This document shows positions 49,401 through 62,523 of a stretch of DNA of 64,000 nucleotides, piece after piece. The translations under genes were made by a program, and so were the position numbers. The DNA comes from Lingula anatina (lineage: Eukaryota; Animalia; Brachiopoda). A model generated the notes under the pieces. That model saw only the letters and a list, made by a program, of their open reading frames with translations. It had not been told where the DNA came from and made no database searches. Position 1 is the first letter of the stretch. Every line of letters starts with the position of its first letter. The stretch lies in NCBI GenBank assembly GCA_051362555.1, contig CM120643.1, positions 14,172,644-14,236,643 of the forward strand. Direction: 5' to 3'.

Positions 49401-51327
49401 GTATAGTATTCCTGCTTTCTAACAATCATCTTCTAACAATAATATTAACTATGACCTTTCTTTTGCAAACCTTTGGAAAATATATGTATAATGTCCCTTC
49501 TTAAAATATGTAATACAGCACACTTATTATGTACTTGTAATAACACCGATGCTCTATTCTATCCCAAGTGAAATCATGACATACACCACGCTAATACACA
49601 GTCACAAATCTACTTCATAAAAACATTTTCCAAAAGAACTTAAAAAACAAAATAATAAAAGAACAATTAATACAAAAATTCCGATCCACCTGATTTTGTA
49701 AATTCACCTGCAATTCATCTTCATTCAACTTGTTTTCTTTCTTCTTTAGAAATAGCCGAAGCAGAATGTATGCGATCTTCTGGTTTCAATGGTTGGTCAA
49801 TGTTTCCAGGCATTTGCGAACCATGAGGCAATCATTCCGACCATCTTTGCAGAGTTGTTCTGTTTAAATACTGAAATATAGAAATGAACTTATCAATGGA
49901 CAAATTTTCAAATAAAGTCCATTTGAATGAAAAAAGCAAACCTCATTATTTGCAATGATTATAAATTAGTTAACAAAAGGAGATGCACTTTAAAAATATA
50001 TCAGTTATACATTGTTTTTATGTATTGCTTTAAAAAACACTATTTATTGAAAAGTAAAATTACTTTCAATAGTTGTAATACGGAAGTGTATTATTTTAAT
50101 GAGATGCATGACGGCAATCAATTATGTACGTTTTATGAATGTCTTATTTTACACATACCTTTACCGGAATGACGTCCTGATGTCTTCAAAAATATTGTCC
50201 CTTCAAATTTTTGTTAACCAGGGAGGGTGATGCTATAAATGAAAATTTATTCTATTTATGCCATGTAAAAGTTTTAAAAAATCTTGTTAAATGTTTGCTA
50301 ATAGATAACTTTGAGAAATGAATAAATTTTATAATAAAACGGGGATCTTTAATGTACATTTCAATAAATATTAAAGTTAGTTATAAGTCTGCTTCATGTT
50401 TCTACTTTTATTGAACTTTTTGACTGTAAAGTACTGATTACTTCTTAGATAACAAAATCTTACCTGGACTCGAATTCAAGCCAAAATATTTGTTCATAAC
50501 TCTTTTCATGTCCATTAAAATCCCAATCTGGTTTATTTTGCCGGCACTTTTTTCTCCTCACAGCACATGGGATTTCTTCAGCAATGTCTCCCTGTAATTT
50601 AAACAACGCTATGTTTAGAACAACAAACGCATAAAAAAACATCTGTAATATCAAATTCAACGGCATCAGTCCATAAGCTTCACAAAAAATATGCAGATCT
50701 GTTGTAGATTTAATATTTTACTAACAATACCCATGTCTTAATGGACGTTGTTTCTGGCGCACAGAGCTTAAATCAGTCTTCAATCCTTTTGTTAAAAAGT
50801 GACTAACTCCACGTCTTGTATAACTCCACTTAGTAACCTCGTTTTTTGGACTATAGCCCATCCAAAAATGTTGAGAAAAACCCATGAGCCTATTTCGAGT
50901 TTCACCACCAAGAGTGAAATTCATCTGTATCTATCTCTATTAACAGACTCAACTATCAGAAAGTTACATCTGAAAATCAGGTTAAGGGGCCTAAAGTTGA
51001 TTCGTGAACAGTTTTAAAACGGTTTACATTTAAGGAGAATCTGCTAAAATTTCTAGAAAAAATTGCGATGTTAAAGACTTATTTTTACCAAACTTTATGT
51101 AGACATCGTGCTTACCCTGCAGGTTAAGATTTCACTGTATAAGACACGTCACAAGGAATTTTACGGTCTGGGAGAAAATAGGTCTTCTTCGTAACCCCGC
51201 CCTGGGGGCAGAGACGGCCGCAGAGAGACATCGTTAGTCTACCTAAAAGAGATGAAGTTTTCACTTACTGGTCATAAACAGTTAAAAGGTATAAAGAAAA
51301 GAAAGAAAAAGAAAAGAGAAGAAAACT

Positions 51328-52436
51328 TTGGAAAATCTAAAACAAAAAGCCCTCAAAGCAATCTTTGCCTTAAAAGGAGCACTAGCATCAAATGAAATCT
51401 CCTCTCCACTTCTTACAATGTCACTCTTTGACAAAATGATAAAGCCCATACTACTTTATGGGTGCGAAGTCTGGGGACAAGAAATATTATCACAAAAAAA
51501 GATGACTTTGGAAAAACTAAATAAAATGCCTTTCGAGCAAGTACACTTGAAATTTTGTAAGTGGGCATTAGGTGTAAGGAAATCTGCCAGCAATAATGCT
51601 TGCCGAGCAGAAATGGGTCGCTTCCCAATATATTTGGACATAGTAAAATTAGTCTCAAAATACAGTGCTAGACTCCAAGAACTCCCAGATAACAGAATTG
51701 TTAAACAAGCATATAACAGGGAAAAAATAGAAAATGGAAGTAACTGGTATCAGACAATGTCAAATATTAAATTATGTTGGGAACTTAATACAAACAGACA
51801 TAATTGCGAAATCCACAACTACCCAGATCTTGAAATAGAAATAACCAATGAAATAAAACGAAAATTTTGGGAAGAAATCCATAGAAATACCAACAACAAA
51901 CTCCGCACCTACAGCAAAATTAAGAAATCCTATGAAGCTGAGCCATATTTGGAATTAAAAGTCCCTTTTACACATAAAAAAACTCTAGCCAAAATGAGGG
52001 TCAGTGACCACGAGTTAGAGATTGAAAGAGGCAGATATACCCACCCCAAAACAAAAATTGAGGACAGAAAGTGTCCTCACTGTAATGCAGTGGAAGATGA
52101 AGCTCACTTTTTTCTTGAGTGTACTACTTATAATCTAGACAGAGAAACATTATTTGCTGCCTTACCAGAGGTAAATGTGCAGGGTCTAGCAGACGATACA
52201 CTATCCGCCCTATTAAATGTGTCAAATGAGAGAGGTGTGTCCGCACTTGTAAAGTTTATAAACAGTGCTATGAGAAAACGGAAGCTATCCAAATTGAGAT
52301 AACACCTGGTATTATACTTTAACTTTATTATTACTATATACATGTATTTAAACTTAAGTATATTATAATTAGTAGTGTAGAGAGCCTATAAATGTACACT
52401 CATTTCATGTGCTCAATAAATTATTATTATTATTAT
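51328..52436 (+). mobile_element. 5'-truncated LINE (L2/CR1 group) ORF2 C-terminus with 3' tail
   Basis: 324-codon open frame with KPILLYGCEVWG, RAEMGRFP, KLRTY, RVSDHELEIERGRY, CPHC...EDEAHFFLEC; ends AATAAA(TTA)n. Confidence 0.92.
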
Positions 52437-53294
52437 AAATCAATTGGTTTAGAAAAAAGAAGTGAACGGAAAAAATGAAATTTGAAATCTACTAATAATA
52501 ACTTAATTACTATTGGTAACATTCTAAATAGTAAACCTGCACCAAATTGCGTAAAAACATGATGTACGTGTACAAAGATGAGGTTTTAGAGTTAAAAACC
52601 ATATGGTTACCCTCTTATATCATGGACTTCTTAAATACTATACAAAATTACAGCGCAAATACTTTCGTTACAGACTACTAGCGCACTATGTGGCCAGAGA
52701 GTGATCTGCAGGCATCCCCTATCAGGGCCACAGATTGATATTTCACTGCGGTAGATATTCACAGATAATGTCTCTGGGTAGCTATAGTCAACCTCCTAAC
52801 TGGAAATGTGGAAAATGTGCCGATAATATCTGCCACCCTGGTAGAGGGTGCTACGCGGCTATTTCTGTTGAAAGAGTAGCCCGGCCTGCAGAGAAAGTAT
52901 TTCACAGCTGTGACGCGTCCTCACACCTGTCCCCGTTATGCTGTTACTGCACCGAATACATCCCATACACTCTCTTTAAGCACCTGTTTTTTTGTTTCTC
53001 TGTTATATGACTTTTATCTCCTAGTACCTCTTCAAGCCATATCATTTTATTTTAATTTTACTATCACTGAACAATTTCGAAAGAGATCGTCTCTAGCTGT
53101 AACTATACGCCTCTGTTGTGGTGCACAGAGATTACATTATATGCTTTCCACGAATCCTTGGTGGGCTCAGGCCCCGTTAATATTGAGGCTGGTTTTTCCA
53201 GTGACTGAACAGGCGTGTAGCCGGGTTAGAAAGAACCCCTGGAAAAGGTCCTTTCTGAGTAAAAATTTATCTAGGAACACAAAATTAAATTTAA

Positions 53295-53628
53295 AGGGAT
53301 AATAACTCTTCGTTTCGGCCAAAAAAAAAAAAAAAAAGAATTCTCCTGGAGTAAACAACAATTTTCCCATTCTTACCAATGGTTAATGTTTTTTTTTTTC
53401 TAAAAAGTTTGATTTTTTGTTAAAATCTCTTAATAGATTTTAACAAAAAAATTTTAACAGAGTATAGCCATCAATGGAGGTCACGTGGTCTAAAGACAAG
53501 CTCAGATATCAGAAAAAATAGCTATAACTGCTGTTTTTGTGGTAAAACAGAATATCTTATATTTCTGTGAGTTATTCACAATGTTTTTATTGTGAAATAC
53601 AGATCTCATACGAAGAGTTATTATCCCT
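53295..53628. mobile_element. Kolobok-like MITE with TTAA target duplication
   Basis: TTAA-AGGGATAATAACTCTTCGT...ACGAAGAGTTATTATCCCT-TTAA; a one-ended relative starts at 29663. Confidence 0.85.
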
Positions 53629-54300
53629 TTAATGGTAAAAGGTTCACTTTTCAGAAAAAGAACCCCCTTTTGAAATTGCTGGCTACTGTGCGGACCTGCT
53701 GAATGTTAGCATAAACGACACATATGAAATATATGTCTTATTAATGATGGATCAGCAGGACTTACTCATGTCAGAATCCAGGTGCTCGTCAATATAGCGT
53801 TTAGTACACGGGGTGGGGGGGGGGAGAGAAATGGCAATTGTTTTACAGCATATACTTACTTTAACTGAGACCTCTTTAACTATTTCGCTATCTATGACCA
53901 ATATATTTGGGGCGTCCAGTTTAATACAACATTCGGTCTGTTTTTTTTTTTTTCAAATCGTTTTCGAAGCAGCGTCAGATATATTCAGTTCTTTGGTGAA
54001 GCACGTTAATTTAGACGGCCCACATGTGATTGGTGGACACGTTTCATTGCAAACGTTCATTACCTGACGGAGACGGTAATCACTGCAAAAATGGACACAT
54101 TTAATGGACACATTTAATATTCTACCTAAATCTTACCTGAAGTTTTTCTGGTCTCATTTTTCTTCTCCCGTCTTCCAGCACCAAAGTTAATCATCCATCT
54201 TTAGAATGACTGGAATGCAACGAAAATTATAATGCAGAGTAGCAGCATTCTATCAGTAACAGAGCTTTACATTTACTTTACATTGGAGCTTCACGCCCAG

Positions 54301-54304
<4 letters not shown>

Positions 54305-54350
<46 letters not shown>
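54305..54350. repeat. (AT)n microsatellite
   Basis: Direct run; similar runs at 62170-62234 (AT), 60160-60200 (TG), 35163-35205 (TTA). Confidence 0.95.
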
Positions 54351-54353
<3 letters not shown>

Positions 54354-56123
54354 TTACAGCATATATATATATGCTGTAAGAATCTGACCAAAATGACGGC
54401 TGACAAAAAAGGTTAGCTTACTGTTACGACTGCATTTTCTTAACCGTGCGGCGACACCCAGCCTGTGTAGACGGGCGATCTGCAACGTCTGCACCTCTAC
54501 ATCACCTGTTCTGCCTCACGCCCCAGCTCAGAATGCCTCTCTATCTATCTATTCACTGACTATTAATGAATGCATCACGTGATTCTTATCAACAGACCAA
54601 TCGAAACTGCGTCCAACTTCAAAGGGTTGAAAAGCAGCCTCTACCTGCTTGAACGGAATAAGATGATAATGGAATTCAAGATCAAGAGCCTGTAGCCGGT
54701 CCAAACTGCTAATAGGTCCCAGTCGCGACAATAACAATAAGATGTTGTCGCTGTCACGGTCGGCTGACAGTCTACTCTTTTCCAGAGCGGCAATATTAAT
54801 TATGCTCACCCTTCTCCAGCGCAAAGAGATTTATGCTATGAATAATTAGCCAGAGCCATATATGTGAATATCTTGTGAATTGATAAAATTGTCGTTATGA
54901 ATTTCCATGAGAAATTCAGAGAAGAGCAGCATACGGTGCTAAACCGAAATCTCTGATACCGACTTACCAGCTATAATCATGTATCATACTATGTCAGCTG
55001 CTATGCCTTATTTTCCTGATGTAATTTCAATTAATAGAAGTAGTTAGAAATAGTAGCAGTCAACATTGTATCATTATCTAATTTATTCTGTCGGTGAATA
55101 GTTACTTAGCTAATGTTTGTACTTTCATTCTTTCCGACATGAAATAAACTTTATTGTATTGTATTGTATTGTATTGTATTGACTGATGTTCGCTGCTTTT
55201 AATATTGAGTGGTGGGTATGGACTTTATAAGCCTACATGATTCACTCCGATATATTTCCTTTTATAAGTCACCTTCGGGAAGCTTACACTAATATTCACT
55301 AATAGACTCACCTTTTATGGAAACTTATAACTTAGGCTGGTATCCTCAAGCTACATGTACATGTACATCATAGTTTGATGCTTGATATTGCACTGTATCA
55401 AGTTCTGTAGGGAAGGCCCAGGTATTATTCAATTTCTTATGTAACGTTCATGATTGGGATGTTTGGGATGGTAAGACTTAATTATGTTTAGTTTTCCAGG
55501 TGCCCATGCTAGCTCTAGACCATAACATTAAAGGTAGAAATACAGAACATAGAAAGGAAATTGGCATAAATGAAATTATTATGACATAAAGCTCAATGAC
55601 TTCAATTGACATATTGATGTAACCAAATTGTTATTTCCTTGACACTAAACTGGTTGGGCTGCTATGCAGTCAACTGAGAATTTATATTTACTATCATAGG
55701 TAAAGGTAATAATGGAGATCTAAGATCTGTCGGGGACGTTTTTGTCAAACATTCAACACAAGAACGCAACAATACACGCAAACTGACTTTTCCAGAATAC
55801 AAAAATGTTTTTTTAACATCTCCGTGGAAAACGATTCTTTCTTGACGATTATTTATTTATTCATTTATTTACTTGCTTGATTGTTCTGTTGCCATCCTTT
55901 CATTTTCAGATAGTGTGCGCTCGCCTATGGGTTTTTATCTGGTGATAGATCCGTCCGTTTTTGACATCTTTTTTATCACGTGAAATCTATGTTTTTCATC
56001 CTCCCCCTTATCTGTGACAGTGCTATTGACTTTTATACTAATTAAAACACGAGGTAAAACCATCAAAAGCTTTTACTTCTTGCATTCTGTTTATACGTTG
56101 TTTTTCCCTTTGCGTCCTCACCC

Positions 56124-56159
<36 letters not shown>

Positions 56160-59100
56160 CTTCAACGGTACACGTGTTAATAAAACGTGGGGCTATTTTT
56201 GTATTACCCATTGCGGAAACACGCCAATCAATTTCACAAAACACTCCCATCTCTTCACACAATTCGTACAATTTATACGCTAAATAATAATTATTTATTG
56301 GACACTTATTGTACATTTTACAGACTCTCTACTCTGCTATTAGTTTCATAACATTTATGTAAATACATAATATTCTCGCGCCGGGGAGAAGTGTACATAA
56401 ATAATCTGGGGCCCTGGCGGGGTGTACATTTCATTAACCAAAATTAAACATTGACAAACATATATGAATTACAACAGGAATGATATGATTATATTAATAA
56501 GCGACAGAATGTTTAGTGGCGGTTTGCTAACATCAGAGGTATCTCTGCTGATCAGTTATCAATTGGCGTTGCTGTACTTTATATATCGAACTCACACATT
56601 AAAAACGCACGGGGGGTTCCGGCCTCACGTTATCTCTGAGGTCCTCGATTCTTCCTCCTTGCTATAACTCAGTATGCAAAACAAGAAGATTACTTATCAG
56701 TTCTCTTTCCGGTCCTAAATCCTGAAATCTTAGCTTATATCTGCATTTTTCGATGAGAAAAGATACAAAAATAATGAATAAGAGGAGTCCTTGAATAGAC
56801 CTGATAGCACTGAGCCGTAACACATATGTAAGCAGTATTAGATAGATGGAACTCGTCTTCTTTTACAATGCCCAATATGTTTACTCAGCTACGAAAGAAT
56901 TATTTCTTAACAAACTGTCCTTTACGTAAACCAGTTGCTTTGATACCATGTTTCTGCCTAACAAAATTTATAAATATTTATGAACTCATGGCTAAATTAG
57001 CTGCATATACCGGTTAGATGCTTGCCATGGCTAACATTAAATAACTACTGCACAAACAAAACAAGATCTAATACTTATTTTCATTATTATTACAAATATG
57101 TTTACAAGTATGTATTATTGCTTTTTGTTTTTTTATTCTATGTTATCGTATTTCATCTTTTTTCACTTTATTAATTTTTCTTTCTTTCCTTCCTCTTTGT
57201 TTTGTCTTCTTTAATCTTATTTAATTTGGCTTTATTCAATTCTGTTTTATCAACCATGTCAAAAGAAAAAAAAAATCGACCTGCACCATACATTGCGACC
57301 TCTGACCAAAGACTTGCTATTCGCTATTTATCTCCAACAAAATTATTGAATCAACGTCCTGAACGATGTGAAAATAGTTTCATCGGATCTCAGTTGTGAT
57401 AGTCACCTGAACAGGTAATTCAGTTATGACTAAGTCTGTCAAAGTGAACAGACGAAACAGTAAACAGGTAAATGAAATATCTGGATCTATCATAAATGAA
57501 AATTTTTGGAGGATGTCAAACAGACGTCGCCTTGTTATGCACTTAAAGCCCTTGCACTTAGATGTACAAGGACATAGCCTGATACTGGTATATTAAAGCA
57601 TACGGCTTCTCTGCTCATCTCGGCATATTTCTAGAACCTCGGTTTATCACGCAACCAAGGCTAATTTACTTCACTTTTATTTACCACATCCTTCAATTAT
57701 TGCTTGGCTCGATGAAGTATATTAAGGAAAAAAGAATGGTAGAACCTGTATATAATAATACTTTGCCCGTGTAATGTAATATTTTTGCTTATATGTGGTA
57801 ATAAAATTAACTAACTTACTATATATCTCAGTATTTTATCAATTTGTCGCGCCGCTCGGTCGTCAAGGAGTTCCTGTTCGAGCAACACAGGATGACTCCC
57901 CGCTCCCGCCACCAACACCAACCAATGATTGAACCGAGCAAATAATTTTTTTCCTTTCCTTCCATATAGCAACTATAAATAGCTACGTGACACATACTGT
58001 ATCACTTTCAAGACGGATATAAAATGCCAATTATTATGTAATAAATATTTCAAGATATCTCAGATGTAGGCCTGTTTATGCATTTCACCTAGAATTTCTT
58101 GAATTCCTCAACACATTCATGATGAAATGTGCTTGGTATTACATTCTAGATTCCATTCATCGAAGCAGTCTTGCCAGAATATCGCAGTGATCAAATATGT
58201 CTCTTCGTGCGTTTTATTCCCGATGCGGATACAGGATTATTTGTAGGAGGTCCATTTTTTTTTTAGAAATTACAGGCCTTGGATGGGAAGCCGACCCTCG
58301 CACCCCCCCCCCCCCTTGTCGTGGGGTTCGGGGGCCCGCTGAAGGGCTTTTTTTTTGGGGGGGGGGGGGCGAATGATGCCATTCGATACGGTTGAGAACT
58401 ATGATTCAGCTAGTCAAAATTTTGACTTCATGATGGGACTATTGGTGTGATTTTTTCAGGGGTGGAGGGGGGGGGTCAGGACCCTACCGATCTAGAGGCC
58501 AGGTATGGACTAATGAGGATGCACTCTCAAGGCAATTATATGTAGCTGTCTGATGAGGACTTTCTCCTTTTGGCACAGAAAAGTGAATAGTAAAACCTTT
58601 AATGGTATCTATATTTGGGAGATAATGAGAAGGGTATAGTGCTATTTTTGGCCACCAACCCTACACCAACTTTTACAGAAAATACTTCGGACCTGCAAAA
58701 GATTTGAAACTAAGGTTTGTTAAGTGTTTTCCATTAGTGAATAGATACAAGTACCATTTATGATTATATGATATTGATGGGAGCAGAAAAGAAAATTACA
58801 TGACCGTGCAATTATTACAGTACTTAATTTCCTTATTACTGGTTTTCTGGAAGTGATCTTGCCTCTCTGGTGAATGCAGCAATGTTTGAGCCAGTGAAAG
58901 ATTTACAAAGCACTGACTCTTGGGTACAAACTCCCGATGGGTCTTTTTTTCCATGCCACAGTGACAATCCCCCTTCAATAACAGCAAATATAAATGAACA
59001 GCTATGTTTATGGTCCGTTTCAAAATGAAACTAAGTTGAATTTTTTTAAATGTAAGACGTTTGAATTCAGATATTTGTGTATCAAATTAAACATCTTGTA

Positions 59101-60159
59101 TCGATCTGTGTATCGATCGATCTGTGTATCGATGGATGGATTGAATCATTTTAATGATTAAAATATCATAACAGATATTTTTTTTAAATTTTTACCCGGA
59201 AACTTGTTATTTTACGAATAATAAAACATTTCTTTGTTTTCGATTCATTTTATGGTTTCTGTTTAACTTTGCGACCCTTTGATGGTAGGCAGCGCATCAT
59301 AAGAATAAAACACTGTATATAAAGAAATAAAATTATAAGAAGGAATAATATATTTTTCTTTATTTTTCACAACTTTGTTTGCAATATTTATTCAGCGCTG
59401 CTGCTATACCTCATTCGTGGAGAAAACATGTTCATCCAATATATTGCAGTCATCCATTCTCTGAAAATATTATCATAAATTACAACAAGAGGAACATGCA
59501 TACTATTAAAAACTGATTCTATTTAAGTAGGCTATTTTGGATTTACCTTGAACGTGAGTAGCTCCAATTTTTGGATAGAAAGTTCAGACCAATTTTGGAG
59601 CAAAAGTACTTTGATGGCAGCTGTTTTTTGCACGAATATCAACTATGTAGCCATCATGCTATATTTTAGTTGAAAGACAAAATTAGATGTAAAAGAGGCT
59701 TTGTTATGCCTGCAAGGTCGTCCACAAATAGTAGAGGCCAGTATCACGAGGTCAAAACCGTGGGGGAGCTCCCTTTTTTCTCATAAAAAAAATACTGGCA
59801 GTTATCTAAAAAAGCTATAAAATGTCAAGATTAACCAGCATTCTTCTTTTCGGCCCTTTATTTTGTGTTTCTAGTATTTACTTGTTCGCAAAGTCATTTG
59901 AATCGATACCACCATATTAATGTGTAAATAGCATCGGGTTTATAAACCATTTTACTTCTCACACATGTACACCGTCCACTTTATACATTGCTTCAGTGGC
60001 ATTTGTAGCAGACGTGACACTGGCATGCTGATGAATTTGCTATGGTGGGGTGGATGGGGCACAAAAACGAAACATTTTAAAACGTAATATAAAGATAATT
60101 TTACTACAACGTGAAGGTCCAGGGATAAAAAAGTATCCTTCTGTCTCGTTTCAATCAGA

Positions 60160-60192
<33 letters not shown>

Positions 60193-61023
60193 TGTGTGTG
60201 GGGGGGTAGACCTACGTATACGTTTGCCAGCAACGAATACAAAACTGACAAGATGACACTAGAAAGATTTAAACTTTATTTATATTTAAACATTATAAAA
60301 ATCAAATGCAGAATTTACAGAGTTTAACCAAAACTGTGGAGCCATCCGATTTATTGATTATTGTCAAATGCTTAAATTGCTGATTAATAAATATCGTCTA
60401 ATTAATAATTAATTAATACCATCCAATGGTGATTTTTCGGTTTGTATTGCGAGTAACGAGTGGGAACAGTTGATTCTAAGCAAACAGAAAAGATGAGATT
60501 TGTAGGCTGAATAAGCAATGGTCGCAGAAAAAGGCCATTGAAAGATGAAATCGGCCCGTTTCGTGGATATATATGACTGGTGTAGGTAATCTCAAGGTCG
60601 TCTGTGTTGATGTAGCGAGAGATGAAACTCGTGATAATATTTCACTTGTTTATTGAATATTAAATATTGAACTCGTTTGCTACGTCCTTATTTTGATACG
60701 TTTGGTGGCTTTTTAAATTGGACCTCGTAGAGTTACTTGCAGGCTGATGGGCCACAATTATGAAGATACGGGAATATTGCGACAATATAGCAGTTTCACT
60801 GCCATCTTGCTCATAATTCGTCTCTTGTCATTGGCCACTTGAACATATTATTGCACTTGCCACATTTTGTTTAAAAAGCACGGTAAAACCATTCTAGTCA
60901 ATTTCTGTTATTTCTCCAATGTACCAGTCTTTATCGTTAAAACTGCGACAACCCAGTCTCCGACGTTGTAACTTACATGTAGGAATGGTTTTACTGTCTT
61001 TGGGCATTGGATTATCACTGTTT

Positions 61024-61200
61024 CAGGCCTACCCAACTACCAGACTCAGCACCGAATGATCCAGAATTCACCGGTAGATCAGACCACACTACCCGTTTTC
61101 AAGGTATGTATCAGATCGCATTACACAGTATCATACCGATACCGATTAACCGGTGAATTCTGGATCATTCGGTGCCGAGTCTGGTAGTTGGGTAGGCCTG
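61024..61200. mobile_element. Short TIR element with 5-bp TSD (internally deleted copy)
   Basis: CAGGCCTACCCAACTACCAG...CTGGTAGTTGGGTAGGCCTG, flanked by TGTTT on both sides. Confidence 0.85.
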
Positions 61201-61373
61201 TGTTTGTCACTCCTCGACATAGTAAAATAGGATCCAATAATCCCGCAGTGCTACCTACTGAATTCGAATATAATTGTTGCTTCAATGGTTACTATATCTC
61301 GCTACATGCATGCTAATACTGTTGTCAGAGAGTACTATTTTTGCCAAGACAAACCTTTAGTTAAAATCAGGAA

Positions 61374-61690
61374 CAGGCCTACCCAACTACCAGACTCGGC
61401 ACCGAATGATCCAGAATTCACCGGTAAATCGGACCACACTACCCGTTTTCAAGGTGTGTATCAGATCGCATTACATAGTATCAGACGCGAAACCGCTCTT
61501 GCCTAGTACGCGATGTGATAGTGACGATTCTCAGCGGGGTTGAAAAGCATTGCATCACCACTCAAAATTTGTTCAGGGTATGATACTGTGTAATGCGATC
61601 TGATACACACCTTGAAAACGGGTAGTGTGGTCTGATCTACCGGTGAATTCTGGATCATTCGGTGCCGAGTCTGGTAGTTGGGTAGGCCTA
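61374..61690. mobile_element. TIR element with 5-bp TSD, same family
   Basis: ~105-bp inverted arms beginning CAGGCCTACCCAAC, flanked by AGGAA (61369-61373, 61691-61695). Confidence 0.85.
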
Positions 61691-62166
61691 AGGAAGATAA
61701 GTTCAAAAAGGCATCGTCAAATGACAAATGAAAATCAATTCGATAAAAGTCACGATTTACCCTCGATTTTAAAGCAAACTCGAATAGAAACCTAAATGAT
61801 AAGCTATATATATATATACGGGATAATGTCTTTAACAGGAAGTGGTATGAATGAGTACTTTATCATAATTGACTCAAAAAAACGCAGAAATAACGTTTTA
61901 AAGTAACTGCAGTATTTTTATTGCAATTAATATATTTTGTGACGAAGGTTAGCATAACGGATGTAAGGTGACATGCATTCTTTATCAGTTTTAATCCTCG
62001 GGATTAATTTTCATAGCTATTGAGTGATTTTTTAGAAAGAAGTTGGTCCTGTCCGGTGGCGGATTAAGAGGGGGGGGGGGGAGAAAAGGGAGTAGCGTTC
62101 GATTGGGGGGGGGGGGGGTCGGCTTCGCATCCGCGGACTTCCCTTCAAATAATCCTCGATCCGCCC

Positions 62167-62237
<71 letters not shown>

Positions 62238-62252
62238 TAAAGAGGTGTGTTT

Positions 62253-62523
62253 GGGCACATTCAGATTCAGACACCGTACCAGCTCGGCCGGTACAACTCT
62301 GCAGGTGACTCTCTCAAAGTGCAATCAGTTGTATCAGCTTAATCATCTGACACGCCTCCTTGAGCAGGTAGGGGGTAAAGAAGCCAAATCTCCAGTAAGC
62401 TGCTCGGGGGGGGGGGGGTCAGACAATTTAGCTGATCTCACTGATTGCACTTTAACGAGAATCCCCTGCAGAGTTAACTTTGAACTGACCCAGCTGGTGC
62501 GATGTTTGAATCTGAACGTGGTC
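62253..62523. mobile_element. MITE related to family B
   Basis: CACATTCAGATTCAGACAC...TGTTTGAATCTGAACGTG inverted ends; internal AGCTGAT...GATTGCACTTTA...GAGAATCCCCTGCAGAGTT shared with 7460-7503. Confidence 0.65.

Noticed and set aside
49708-50930. Exon-like minus-strand segments with splice-like boundaries (possible BEN/DUF-type transposon accessory gene)
   Set aside because: Could not join them into a stop-free frame or recognise a convincing motif.
54400-61000. Hidden exons in the long AT-rich stretch
   Set aside because: No ORF with recognisable motifs; small exons of a large gene cannot be excluded without transcript data.
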